Shown here: positions 1-12,464 of the stretch, one piece after another
Position numbering within the stretch: the stretch's first letter is position 1
How the letters are laid out: every line of letters starts with the position of its first letter
Assembly: GCA_016748015.1 (NCBI GenBank)
Contig: JAAOMT010000128.1
Span: 2,239,538-2,303,537 of the forward strand
Length of the DNA stretch: 64,000 bases
Source: Geosiphon pyriformis uo1
Taxonomy: Eukaryota; Fungi; Glomeromycota
Direction: 5' to 3'
The notes under the pieces: model-generated
Database searches by the model: none
The model's input: the letters and a program-made list of their open reading frames with translations, nothing else
Told to the model about the DNA's origin: nothing
Position numbers and translations under genes: made by a program

Positions 1-785
1 GGCATTAAATTGTTGAACTGATAAAAAAGGGAAAATTATTGATTTGGGATGTATAAAAGTGATCTCGTTTTGCCTCTTTATATATCATTAATGGCTTTTT
101 TTAGGATATCCACCAACATATTTTATAGGCATTTCATTATAATTATCATCGCAAAAACCTTTTCCTTGATTTTATCTCAACCATCATCAAAAACTAAAAA
201 GTATAGATTTTTCCTAAATTCAATTCATAATCAAAAAACCAATTTGATAAAATAATATTTTATAATTTAAAATTAAAATTTTTCATAAAGAAAATCTTGG
301 AAACTAGATTAGTTTAACTGAAAAAAAAAAAGTTTTTAGGCAGAGATTTTTATTTTGAGATAAATAATATAGTTTATGATACATTTCATTAATTTTTTTG
401 TTTAATTTAATAAAAGTATTTATTGAATTAAAAACTATTTGAAATTTCTATCTATTGGCTAAATGAGTTTTGCTTGAAAACCTTATTTTTTACTAAAATT
501 CTTCAGATTAATCAAAAGTTCTTATTTTTTAAAACACAATGTAAAAGAAATTATTATTGACAAAAAATGTATGTTGAAACTAAAATCTAAGAAATGATTT
601 ATGAATCAAACTTTTTGTGTAAAAGTTCATAGTAAGTTTGACTTTTCAACAGTTTTCGAATTGGAAATTATTTAAATTTGATTTTTTACAAAGATTATAA
701 GTTGCTTCCTTGTTTATTCATGTTTAAAGAATGTAAAAAGTTACTTCAAGATCATTTCTCAAATTCTTTGTCAAACTTTTCTGCA

Positions 786-2113
786 TCATGATCCCTCGCT
801 TGGATGTGGACACTCTCCCATCTTATGTCCAAAATATGGCCCAAAATTTGAATATTCTCCATCAGTTGTCGATGCATAATTACATTCCTGTAACCAAGAA
901 TATTTTCATAATTTAGATACCATCCGGTTAATCATTTCGAATAAACATTTTGAATATTGCTCACCATGCTTTCCGTTGAAAAGTAATTTATCAGTCGCCC
1001 TTCACAAAGATAAACTGTATAATTGTTACCATTACATTCACAACTAGTATCTATCCAGATTTCGTGAGGATTATGAACTAAACCAGTATTTAAAATTTTA
1101 TGTAATCGCGGTACATAATCATCTGAATGGGTTATACGCCATGTTTCAATTTTTTTTTTTGCATTCAAACCACTGACGAATCTTGCAAATTCTTGATTTC
1201 CTATTGCTGGTTGTCCATACGTGAATATTTCGACTTTGTAGTAATGGGAATTCAATCGAAAAAATATTCCATATAATAAGGCAAAAACTAGTTGAAATAA
1301 ATTGTCAATAAAATAGATTTTAAAGGGAATACAATGAGTTTGGGCTTAAAAATATTTTTAAGATTAGGTGAAAAAAATCTTACCACCACCTATACCATGA
1401 CCTGTGAATGTTATAGTTTTAATATATTGATAGAATCTGGGTGAATTCAATAATCCCCTCATCATATTTTCCAAAAGAATAAATGCTGACATAAAAACCG
1501 AATAAAATTCTTCAACGATCAGGACGCCCGTTAGGGTGGAAAAAGGTATCAGATGGTAAATTTGTTTATACCATTGATCACGTGTGGGTACTTTTTTATT
1601 GCTAGATACTGACGACGAGTTAAAAATGGAACTTGTGCCTAGAAAATATACAACCAAGTCTTTTCGGAAAAGACCTTTATCGATTATTTCAGCTTTGGCT
1701 ATTAGCGAAAAGTTATTATAGAAATTTAAGGAAAATTATATTATTTGATATTCCTTTGACAAAAAATAAAAAATTTTGATAAAAAGCTTTCAAAATACCG
1801 AAAAACCCAGGAGTTATTTGGTTTCTAAAGTCTAGGCAGTATCCTAAACTAGAATATGAGGCAAACTGTTCAAATTTCTCCATCAAAACTTTATCAAGGG
1901 GACCAAATGCCACTTTTTGACCTCTGAAAAAAAAATCATCCCATGGATTTATTGAAAATTCTGAAGCCTGATAATCCCTTCCAGACAGAATATTTATATG
2001 AGATGAATAGTTCCTTTTAAATTCTATTGAATTCGAGAAGGCAAAGTGTTCATTCCACACTTTATCGATTTTTTTTGTAAAGCTCCAATAATTTTTCATA
2101 AATATCAAATATA

Positions 2114-2144
<31 letters not shown>

Positions 2145-2177
2145 AATTTTTATTATAAAACATGAAAGCTCCTTCAT
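786..2177 (-). CDS. Class-3 lipase-fold protein 1, predicted catalytically inactive, N-terminal membrane anchor (~372 aa)
   Basis: Exons 2177-1799, 1698-1384, 1287-965, 887-786 with GT-AG introns, total 1119 nt in frame. Motifs: YSSLGYC, FTGHGIGG-V (Ser replaced by Gly), FTYGQPAIGN, RITHSDDYVP, HEIWI, CEC, NFGPYFG (His replaced by Asn). Poly-Ile hydrophobic segment at the N-terminus. Confidence 0.9.
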
Positions 2178-3898
2178 CGCAGTAACAGAGATATCAAAAA
2201 AATTTTTTGGATGTGTAGCTTTATATCAAAAACTTTAGATATGTTTGTTTGATTTATTGATTGTTTTGACAATTTGATGCATGATCATGATTGGAAATCA
2301 TAAATCTTGAAAATAAAAAAATTTTCTTTTTTTGACAATATGCAATTAAAAAAAAAACCATTCCATAAGACTAAAGCAAAATATTCTTGACAAGAAAAAA
2401 AAAATTCTTATGAAAATGAGTTTTATTAAAAAGGTTCATTTAATTTTGAATCTATTGATGAATAGAGTAAAAGAATTTCAAAAGATTTTTCCTTAGCAAA
2501 AGAAACTTAAAAAAAAACATAAAGTATTTTTTCATTAGATTTAATGAAAACTTTTACTAAATATTTTCGTAAATCTTTTTCTATTTCAAAAAAAATTTTA
2601 AATGACGGAATTAATTTCTGAAATTGGCCGATAAATTTCGGCTTCCTTAATTTTTGAACTAAAAAACAATCAAATATTTTTTTAAACACATTTATGAAGA
2701 GTTTTTTCGGATAATTAAATAGGAAAAATTTGGTCTAAAATGATCCAAAGATTTTTAAAATTACAAGATTTCAAAGGAAATGAAACCCAAACAAAGATAT
2801 AATATTAATAATTGATGCAAGTGTTCAATTATTGTTGATATCTATGATTAATATATGCCAAATTTGTCAAAATCAAAGAGTAGACCCCCTACGATCGAAT
2901 GAAAAAAAAAAAAAGGATTGAGAAGGCATCAACGATACCAATTAAACTTTTCGGAGTTTTTTATCCTGCTAAATTTTTTTTCGCTAGGAATCAAAGATTT
3001 CAAATAATCTCTTCAGAAGTTATAAACAAATCTTATATCTTATTTGCTTACCAATATTAATATTAAAGCATATTATTTGAGATCGAATATATTTAGTTTC
3101 GAGAATCTTTTTTTTTTTTTCTTTATTTTTATTTTTATTTTTTTTTGAACGAATGCAGAATTCTAAAGAAGGTTCAAAAATATGTGCGTTCGCCCTCTTC
3201 CGAGGTTTCTTTATTGCGATGCTAAAAATAAATCGATATCCTATCAATTAAATTTTTGATAATAATTTTTTTTCAATCATTTAACATAAATAAACTCTCT
3301 CAAGTTCTTTCACAGATGGATAATCAGAATTAAATATGAATTACGAGTCGATCTATTGAACTTGTGATTTGTTGACTAGCATTTACGAATTTTTCATTTT
3401 AAGCTGGTACTGTTTAGCCATTCAACTGACATAAATATTTTTTTGATTCATGAAAGCATTTATTTATTTTTGTTATATTCGTGTTTCAAATAGTATTACA
3501 CAAAAATTTTTGATCATCTTTATACTTGGGCCTATTCGATCCATCATCCAATTCGATCAAAGTTTATCAGTTTCCAAAAACTATTATGAGAAAATATTCT
3601 TAGTTCAATACCTGTTGACAGTAGAATTAAATTATCATTAGATCAATTATAAAGTCTTTTAAATTTTTATCTTTCTTCGTTTTGAACCAATATATATTTT
3701 GAAAAATGCCATCGTGTTTATTGGTTTTGCTTAAATACGTTCAGAATTTACGATCCTAAAAATACTGTTCTTTATCTTTTGAATTTCAGATTATATTTTT
3801 AAAATCTAATGATTGAATTTTATATGAATAGTGCGCTTAAAAATTTAAAATATGCACTTTGAAAAAATATTTACATACCCATCAAAACTCTTGAGCTC

Positions 3899-5328
3899 TT
3901 AATAGAAAGGTCTATTTATTTTAGTTGGAGGGCAAGTTCCCATTATATGTCCAAAATAAGGGCCAAAGTGCACCTCGTCCCCCATTGAAGTTTGCCCTTT
4001 GTTACAATCCTGCCCATTAAAAAGCTTTATTAATTTTGGTTACTCTTAACATATGAGCTTCATATAGCTCTGAAAAATTATTGATCCAAACAAACTTTTT
4101 ATATATATAACAAACAAAAAATCTTAAATACCGGATGTTCAGTTTTAAATCCATCCAAAATATCTCCCCTACACAAATATGCTATATCAGGCTGTTCACT
4201 ACACACACAATCAGCATCGATCCAAATTTCATATGCATGATGAAATAATGGTATTCCTGGCGGTTTTAACAAGGGCAATCGTGGAACAAAATCATTCCCA
4301 TTGGTAACTCTATACGCTGTAATGTTTCTTTCAGTGGAATAGTTGACAAACTTTGCAAAACTCAAATCACCGATTGGTGGTTGACCAAATGTAAAAATTT
4401 CGAAAGGAATATACCCTTGAAAGTATGTTCGTAATGATAAGCCTGCGAACATTGCCCACACTTTGTATGTAAAGATAGTAAATTAATACAAACTAAAAAT
4501 TTTATTCTTGAATAGATTTCAATTATGTCAAAGCTACACTTGGAAAAACTTACCACCACCCATTCCATGACCTATAAACTTAATGCTATTAATAGCATTA
4601 ACATTTGCATGTTCCAACAGGTAGACTATGTTTTCCAAGACTTTTGCGGTCCCATCAGCACTCTTGAATTCATTAAATAAGTAACGATCAACTTGTGATC
4701 CCATTTCAAAGATTTTAGGAAATTTTCCTAATGTAAACATTCGTTGCATCCATTGTTCACGATCAAGTGTCTTCCCCTTGAAATAGACAAAAATGTCATT
4801 GCCGCCGATTTCATCTGGAACAATGATTGCTTTAACTAAAAGACAAATTAAGTTATTGAAATATGAGCTTTATTTTTTGTGAAATTTAATTACTCGCTTA
4901 CAATGAATTTCTGAGGCGATTTCACCACGATCTTTTGAACCCAAACAATAAGCTAAACTTGCATAATACGCTGAAATAGTGATTCTCTCCAGATATTCCA
5001 AGTTAGTCCCATTAATTGGAAGTTTAAATGCTTTTTCGGTATCCAATTCAAAACTTCTGTCATTTAAAATTTTGGGCTGTTTAATTGGTTTTGATGAGAA
5101 TGTTTTATGAATTTTAGATTCATAATATTTTTCAAAAGAATCTTTTTTCAAAAAATTCAAAGAATGCTCTTTTAAAGTGGGACTTTTGATGGTCTGAAAA
5201 TTTTTGAACAGTGTTAAGAATACAAATATTGTTATTATTATTATTATTATTATTATTGGTATTATAACTATGTTTTTGAAAAGAACAAAAACTTTTGTTG
5301 GAAGAATATAAAAGTTTTTTTTTTCCAT
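3899..5328 (-). CDS. Class-3 lipase-fold protein 2, nucleophile Ser replaced by Gly (~382 aa)
   Basis: Exons 5328-4902, 4835-4554, 4460-4132, 4009-3899 (1149 nt). Motifs: YASLAYC, FIGHGMGG-V, FTFGQPPIG, RVTNGNDFVP, YEIWI, CVC, HFGPYFG. N-terminal Ile-rich transmembrane segment. Confidence 0.9.
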
Positions 5329-5831
5329 TACTTTCGTCTTTTTGATGGAAAAAAGGTGATAATAGATATTTTGATCTATATACCCTGATCTTGAATGTAA
5401 TAACTTATTTAATACTTTTACTCATCGCCGAGAAAGGCAACCAAGTTTGTTTGTTTCAAAGCAAAGAGAATTCGCATGTTAAGAAGGCAGCTTAATTCGG
5501 TTTGTAAATATTTTATAAAAAAATTTATCAAAATTAAAGCACTCGATAAAAGACAATACAGTTGCGGATTCGCCAGATCTCGTGATATCCGGACTAAACC
5601 GGTATGATATTTTGAAAATCAGTCCAGCGATATTTATTCTTTTGAACCATTCAAAAAACACTTTTAAAGGTACAATATCTTTATAGTAAAAGACAATCTG
5701 TTGGAAATTCAAACTGCTAATAGCTGTTCACTTTTTTCTATGATTATATTTATAATTTACTAATAATATATATATACAACTTTGTTTAGCTGAAAATCTG
5801 TTGAAAACTTTTGGCAAATTTTTTTTTCCAA

Positions 5832-5871
<40 letters not shown>

Positions 5872-6334
5872 AATAATGAAATAAAACCCCAAAATAATAA
5901 TTAATTTAAAAAAAAATTATTAAATTACATTCAAGTTCAACATAATAAAAAATGTTAGTCAAAAACAAATTTTAACAAAACTATTTAATAGAATTAAACC
6001 ATTAAATAAAACCAAAAAGTATTTATAAATTATTTGTAATAATATTAATAAAGAATGATCTCATTATATACTGGGTAATAAATAACTATTGTAAAAATAT
6101 AATTTATAATTTATTATACCAAATTAAAATATGATAGCAGCCTTGGTTCGATTAAAGGACTTTATTGTAAAACTACAGTATATTATATCAATTATTTGAT
6201 TAAAATAGTAAAAAATTTAATGTAATCAGATTAAATAGGAACTTAACATTATAATAGTAAAAATGACTTTTGTTACTTTAATATTTTAATTAGCTTGAAA
6301 ATTTACTTTATTTTCAGTATTTCTATTTTTTCAG

Positions 6335-7275
6335 TTTTAGACCTAGCATTGTAAATAGGCATTGCTATGTGTCTCTATTATTTGCGGGTAAAAAATCTAG
6401 TGAATTTTACTTTGCAAATGTATATAACTTTTTGCCAATTGCAAACTATACATCCAATAGAATGTCCACTAATCTTATCTACATCTTTTGTGGGAGAGTA
6501 CTATATAAAAGGTGTACAGGGGTCAGGATAAATAGACTGCATGAACAGAGCCTTCTACTTGGATTTTCTGGAGCTGCTTTGCCTCTCGTATACTTAGGCA
6601 AACTTCCACTTACTAGTTTTGCAATAGTGAGCTTGTCGTCCAAAATTAGCATGTGAGTAACGGGCTACCTATTATTGACTTTTTTTAAAAATGAAGTGGC
6701 CATGAAGCACTTGTATCATTATTAAAAGTGGTGTGCATGAACCCCATTTCAGAGTCTCTTGTTTTAATGGCGTCTTTTGCTGCCTGAACATTTTTGAACC
6801 AATATGGTATAAAAGTGGCAATGTCGACTCCAGTAGACAACAGTATTATAAGCAAATCTCGTCAAGCCCAACCGCTGCTTCCAGAGCTGCTTTTGAAGAT
6901 GATTGGATACACCTTTGATTGATAGTATACAGTTGAGAATATCTTTGACGTTTGCTATGAACTGCTGTAGCTTTTCTCTTGGAGGCTTTTGCCTGTTTTG
7001 ACACTCTCATTGATTGCAGGCAGCTCTCCTTCCCTGCATGCAGTAGGGAAAGAGTGTATTTATAGTAAGAATGTCTTTTAGAAGTTCATGCTTGTCGGAG
7101 GTTGCATTGTTGAAAAAAACCAAGAGTTTTGCAGAATGAGAAAAAAGATAATTACAAGAAGTTAAAGGCAAATCGGCAAAGCATATTATGGTGAGTAACC
7201 AAAATTTACAAGACCATTCCACGGCTTGCTCATTCCAATGGGGTCTTAAGTCTCAATCTTTTGAAATTGAAATCT
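6335..7275 (-). pseudogene. tnpB: TnpB/Fanzor2-like RNA-guided nuclease relic, N-terminus to RuvC-I, C-terminally truncated
   Basis: PHWNEQAVEWSCKFWLL...NSWF N-terminal extension overlapping tnpA; KVYP/QKQLWKQRLGLTRFAYN (~6916-6850, HTH_OrfB_IS605-like); KWKFA*VYER; SIYPDPCTPFI*YSP..KISGHSIGCI (~6536-6455), a decayed RuvC-I xxDPGxRTxxTxYSP with the Asp codon as TAT at 6528-6530. Confidence 0.75.
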
Positions 7276-7390
7276 GACCTGATATCGCTGAAGAGTTTCT
7301 TTGATTAAAAATTGAGAAAGAAGGAGTTGCTTTTGTCGCTCGAGATTCCCTTTTCGCTTTCCATCAGAAATACTGGTGCGGAGGTGGTGG
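7007..7390 (-). pseudogene. tnpA: IS607-type serine recombinase (TnpA) relic
   Basis: GKRKGNLERQKQLLLSQF (~7360-7310), then FSDIRSDFNFKRLRLKTPLE*ASRGMVL*ILVTHHNMLCRFAFNFL (~7293-7155), then ELLKDILTINTLFPYCMQGRRA (~7087-7022). These follow the IS607 TnpA consensus DLERQ..SDIGSGLNFKRKGL..VVxxxDRLxRFxF..ELxxDLLxIxxxFxxRxxGxR. Confidence 0.8.
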
Positions 7391-8065
7391 CGGTAGTAAT
7401 GGTATCAGCATTTTGAGAATTTAGCTCAGGAAAGAGAAAGGTAGTAAGAGAAAAAGGGGGGTATTTATTTTCGCGATTTTGATCATGATAAGCATTACTA
7501 AACAACTGATTGGTATTATTATTAATAGGCACTATTAACCAAACCTTTTCATTTTTAGAATTTGGTCCCAAAAACTCAATTTATAAAGATATTAATAGAT
7601 GAAAAAGAAACTGAAAAATTTATAATTATTTCAATAGTCTATCATGCAAAAAAGCGATAATTCTAATTTGATTTTCAGCGATATCACAGTCTTGAATTTT
7701 TGATATTTGATACGTTGAAGTTACTCATTTCATAGAGGTTATATTCAAAGAGTTAAGTTCTTATCCTTTCTAAAAACTCAAAATTGAATAAATAAAAAAA
7801 CTTAAATTTATTAATAAATAAAACTTTTTGATACAAAAACTTGAGTTTGTAAACCAATTCCAAAATATTTCAATTTAAATCTTTACTCTTTTTCGATATT
7901 TTCAATACCGGAAACGGTATCAAGTTTTGTAATATATGAACACGAATTTTTTCGCATCCATTTAATCCTTCATTTTAAATATCGCCTCGTTTTGGGAAAA
8001 GTATAATAAACCAAACAACAATACACATGTTTTCTGTTAAACTGTAATTTATATATACTAAAATA

Positions 8066-9604
8066 TTACATATCATGTTCATCTCCCATAAAATACCCAA
8101 AATAAGGACCATTATGCGATGATATTCCATTAATCCTAACAGGATTCTGAGCTCCAGCATTGCAATTCTGTATTTTAAAAGAAATTCAGAAATGATGAGT
8201 TATGAAAGAAATTTGGTTAGAAATCAATTTTAAATTTGAAATAAATAAATAAATAAATAAAAAAGTTTACAGTGTGTTCGGTAAAATAAAATGTCTCAGG
8301 TTTAATTCCGGGAACCATTTCTCCCAAACATTGATATGTTTTGAAAGATGTTCCACAATCACATTTTTCAGATGATATCCAATACTCGGGATTTGAATGC
8401 CAATATCCATCTAAAATATTTGTTTTGGGAGGTAATTGTGGAACATAATCGTCGGTATGTGTGATTCGGTAGATGTAGACGCTATTTTGAAGGTGTCGTA
8501 TAAAATTTGCATTTCCTATCCGTGGTTGTCCAAAGGTAAAAATATCGATATGTAATTCAGGGTGTTTTCTTTGAATTTTTAGTCCTGCAAAAATTGCAAA
8601 AACTAGAAGCCAAATTAAAAATTTAGGACGTTATTATTTTCGATTGATACGAAAGGGGAACCCGAATTTACCTCCTCCAATGTCATGGCCTGTGAGACAG
8701 AGACGATAGTGAGGTTTCAAATTTAATAACCTTTGGATATCGTCAATTAAATTTTTTCGATCTAATTCAAACATTTCGTAAAATTCTTTATCAACAAGCC
8801 CTCCGGGAACATAAAGGTAATCTATGAGTGAATTTACACGTTCACTGAAATCTAGCTCATCCATTATTTTGCGTTTAGCCCGTATAGAAACTATCACTTC
8901 ACCATTTTTTTTATCGGTAAAAATATCGGCTTTCAATCCAAAAATTTTTAAGTGAGTGAGCTAGAAGAAAAAGTATTCAGACAGAGCATAATAAACTCCC
9001 CTCAAATTTCTTTACCTTTTAAATTAGCTCCATTTGAATAAAACCCATGAGGAGTTTTGGATGAATATATATCGTGTGCGAAACCGGCGAATCTACGGAA
9101 TTGTTCTAGAAGGTCTTGATTATTAATAACATCCTTATAAAAATTTACATGATTCCTTTTACTTTTTAAAGTTCTTTTTTGCGTCACTTGTGAATCAAAC
9201 ATTGATTCTCTTTTATCAGCATCATCCCAAGTTTTAAATTTTTTTTGAAAAACATGAGTTAGGTCGGTGGCTTGATCCTGATTTAAATTGTTCATAATTT
9301 TTCTTCTTGAAAAGGGTAATTTCAATTTTGATCGGTTGTCAATTTGATTTGAGAACATTCTTGATTTGTTAATATCCTTGGTGACATGATCATTTTTTCT
9401 AACTTGATCTATTCGAAATCTTTCAAGTTTAATCTCAAAAGTCCCTTTTAGATAAAGTCCCAATAGAATTGCTAACGTGAATGGCAGGATGTAAAAAATT
9501 TTTGGAAAGTGATTATTTCTTTTCAAATTTCCGAAATTGGCCCTGAATGCAAAGTTTATTTTAGAGTAAGGTTGTTCTGTTGAAACGAAAGGTTTGTATA
9601 GCAT
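8066..9604 (-). CDS. Class-3 lipase-fold protein 3, nucleophile Ser replaced by Asp (~426 aa)
   Basis: Exons 9604-9016, 8929-8672, 8602-8271, 8167-8066 (1281 nt). Motifs: LTGHDIGG-V, FTFGQPRIGN, RITHTDDYVP, EYWI, CDC, HNGPYFG. Transmembrane segment IFYILPFTLAILLGLYL. Confidence 0.88.
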
Positions 9605-11428
9605 CGTAACAATTGTTTGAGAAATTAATGATTAGTCCATTTCTCACCTTTATTAATGTAACCTGAAAAAAATCCTCATTGAATGCTTACTCCATCTGAG
9701 AAAATTTAATCAACTTTGTCCGACTTCAAAATAGAGGAATTTTGGAAATCAGAGTTGTCAGATGTTCTTTGAAAAAACAATAAACAAATGAATAATTTAA
9801 AATTTTCCAAATAGTATCATTAATTTGAATATAAGAAAAGCAAAATATTTACGGAACATTAGACAAAATATTTTTCTTTCAGAATATTAAAATATTTACA
9901 ATTTCCGATAAACATATATTTCACCTTACCTGGCTCGTCGTTAGCAATTAAAATATATATTCATATGAAAATGGTTTTTCCGAAAATATCTCATGACAAA
10001 ATTGGGGTCATAGTTCATTAAATTTTTTTTAAATCCACAAATAGATACCAACTTCTCAATTTTTCCCAAAGAATAGGGGCTTGATAATTTTATAGAATTA
10101 AAGTGGTCAAAATATTTATTACAGGTCATGGATTAAAAAATATTAATGACATGTTTAATTGATTCCTGATTACCCAACTGTGCAAATTGAAAGATGGCTA
10201 ACAAAAATCCCATAATTAGCAATTTTTATATCTAGGATGAGATCATTTTAATTTGTATGTTGTAATAACTTTGGGTCACTAAATTATCTATTGATATCAG
10301 CAAAACTCAGAAAATCATGTCGATTATCTCTTTTTCTCGTGATTTAAAGATATGATTTTTTTTAGTCAATTTAAAAAAATATTGAAAAATGTACTTACCA
10401 TCTCAATTTATATAGATTATCGATATTTTCAAATTTTGAATACCACGGTTTGTTTTTTTTTTTGTTTGTTTTTTCTTGATAATATTTTCCCAACTAATAA
10501 TATAACTTGAATGCGCTTTATGAAATTTTTTTAAAGTTTTAAATTTTTTAACTTTTTGAAAATTTAATTCAATTTTAAAAAAAAAAGTTACAAAGCGTAA
10601 ATAAATATTTTTCAAAACATTAAATATTATTTCTTAAATTATTTTAAAATTGAAAAATTTTAACTGTTGCCATATTGTTTTGCATCATTTTTTTAATACT
10701 TTATACAATAATTAAGCGTTCAAAAGCTTACAATTTAGTGGAGAATTTAAAGCAATTTTACAAGTCTTTAATCTTGATTTATTAATTTATATAAAATTAA
10801 AAATAATCCCTAAAAGAGAAATCCACAACGTTACTCCTGTAATCTTTCGAAAGAATCAGGACATCTTATTTCATGTGAAAATTTCTCATACAGAATTATA
10901 ATAACTATTGTTTTACATTTCATTTATAATCAAATTTCAAATTTTGTGTTGTTTATCAACCAATTTATTTGTTTCTTTTGTTAATTATTAAAAATTTTCA
11001 TAAACATAATGTAAATCTGGCACGACCTTTTTATGACCATGAATTGCTATTCAAGATAGAATTTTCAACTATTCCTTAAATCACAAATCATACTAATCCG
11101 CAAAATCAAACATTAATATAGGGTTATCAATTTTTTATCTTCCAATACATAATGTTTTGTTGTCTATGTATGTGGCTAAATAGGTTAAAGACGGTGGAGA
11201 ATTTTGGTAAATACATTTTGCCCAAGTCCATTTCTCTAAAACCAAAAGCCGAAAATTGGGAGTGCAGCAAAATTTAGCCTAAGCTGTTGAAAAAAAAGGT
11301 TTGGAATATTCTCAAAACAATTAAATCTTTTATGCATCAGGATTTCAAAAAAATAAAATAATTCTACAAGATTCCTTCGAAAGCATACAATTTTGATAAA
11401 CCATCCAAAAGAATCAAAAAATTCTTGG

Positions 11429-12464
11429 TCAAAAAAGGAATCCAAAGGAACTCAAAGATGAGCTTAAATTTTTCGCTTTTTCACAATAGTCTTCATGTTC
11501 GAGCTCAATCTTTCTTCGTAAACTGATCCAAGAAAGATCGGTGAATTCTTCGATAGAAGTTGATTTCAGAGGGTTGAGATAAGAAGGGCAATGATGCCAA
11601 ATAACATCAGCGCTCCACTTTGGAGAACCGTTAGGTTTAGTCTCCATAAGCATATTACTCAGATTAATCGAGATTCTGGCCCGACGCTCTAGTCCTCTTT
11701 GGGCGATTAAATTTGTTTCTGCAATTTTCTTCTTTCGTAAATAAGCCTCACGATCGTGACCATCTTTAATTCTTTGGAAAGCCTTCAGACGTTGTTGTTC
11801 AATCCAACTTTCTTTTTCCTCCGAACTGCATTTAAGATTCCGATATTCCAAATGAAGTAATATAGCATGAGGATACCAATAAGCATTTTTCAGATATCCA
11901 GCTTTTGGAAGACATTTGATTAAGAAGACAGGTATTCCGAAACGTTCTTTCAATTGGTCTTGGCTAAATTTCCGTTCGAGTAAAAAGGTTTAAATGAAAC
12001 ATAGAAACATAAACTTAGATTAAGTAGAATAAATTTTTTCAAAAAAACCTTGCCGAGAATTCCTGGAAACATTTATCACAAACTCGGATCATGAATACAA
12101 AATAATATTTTGCTCTTTCATCATTCGGTTGACCTTTTCTACAAATTTGGCACCCTTTTTCAATCATGAATCTTGTATAGACACGTTCACTCATTCCCTC
12201 AGGTGCTGCAAGTTCGATCCATGGGAGGAATAACTCTCTTGCCTGACGCCAGATCAAATCTGTTGATGATGATGGTTCCGTTGTGATATATCGATTAAAC
12301 TTTTTACAGACTTGGGCAAGCCGAGATAGACCGCAGGGTGATAAGTATTTGAGAATACTGATAAATATTTCTGGTGCCATATCTTGCAAAGAATTTGGTG
12401 GCGTCACTGATGTGGAAGATTTCTCGTTATTTGCAAGTTTAATTTCTTCATTTTTTGAGGCCAT
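11429..12464 (-). CDS. F-box protein with CxxC...CxxC putative Zn-binding module (~316 aa)
   Basis: Exons 12464-12049 and 11963-11429 join in frame. F-box LQDMAPEIFISILKYLSPCGLSRLAQVCKKF...IW; CQIC and CDKC; charged helical C-terminus. Confidence 0.85.

Larger units (their letters stand above)
6335..7470 (-). mobile_element. Decayed IS607-family element (tnpA plus tnpB/Fanzor2-like); boundaries approximate
   Basis: Minus-strand translation with stops and frameshifts recovers ordered IS607 TnpA and TnpB motifs in overlapping frames (see the two pseudogene entries). The segment is GC-richer than its flanks. Confidence 0.8.

Noticed and set aside
7975-8160. 61-aa hydrophobic ORF
   Set aside because: Alternate frame over the last exon of lipase gene 3.
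9924-9936. CTTACCTGG resembling the U1 snRNA 5' end
   Set aside because: No downstream U1 stem-loops or Sm site; too short.
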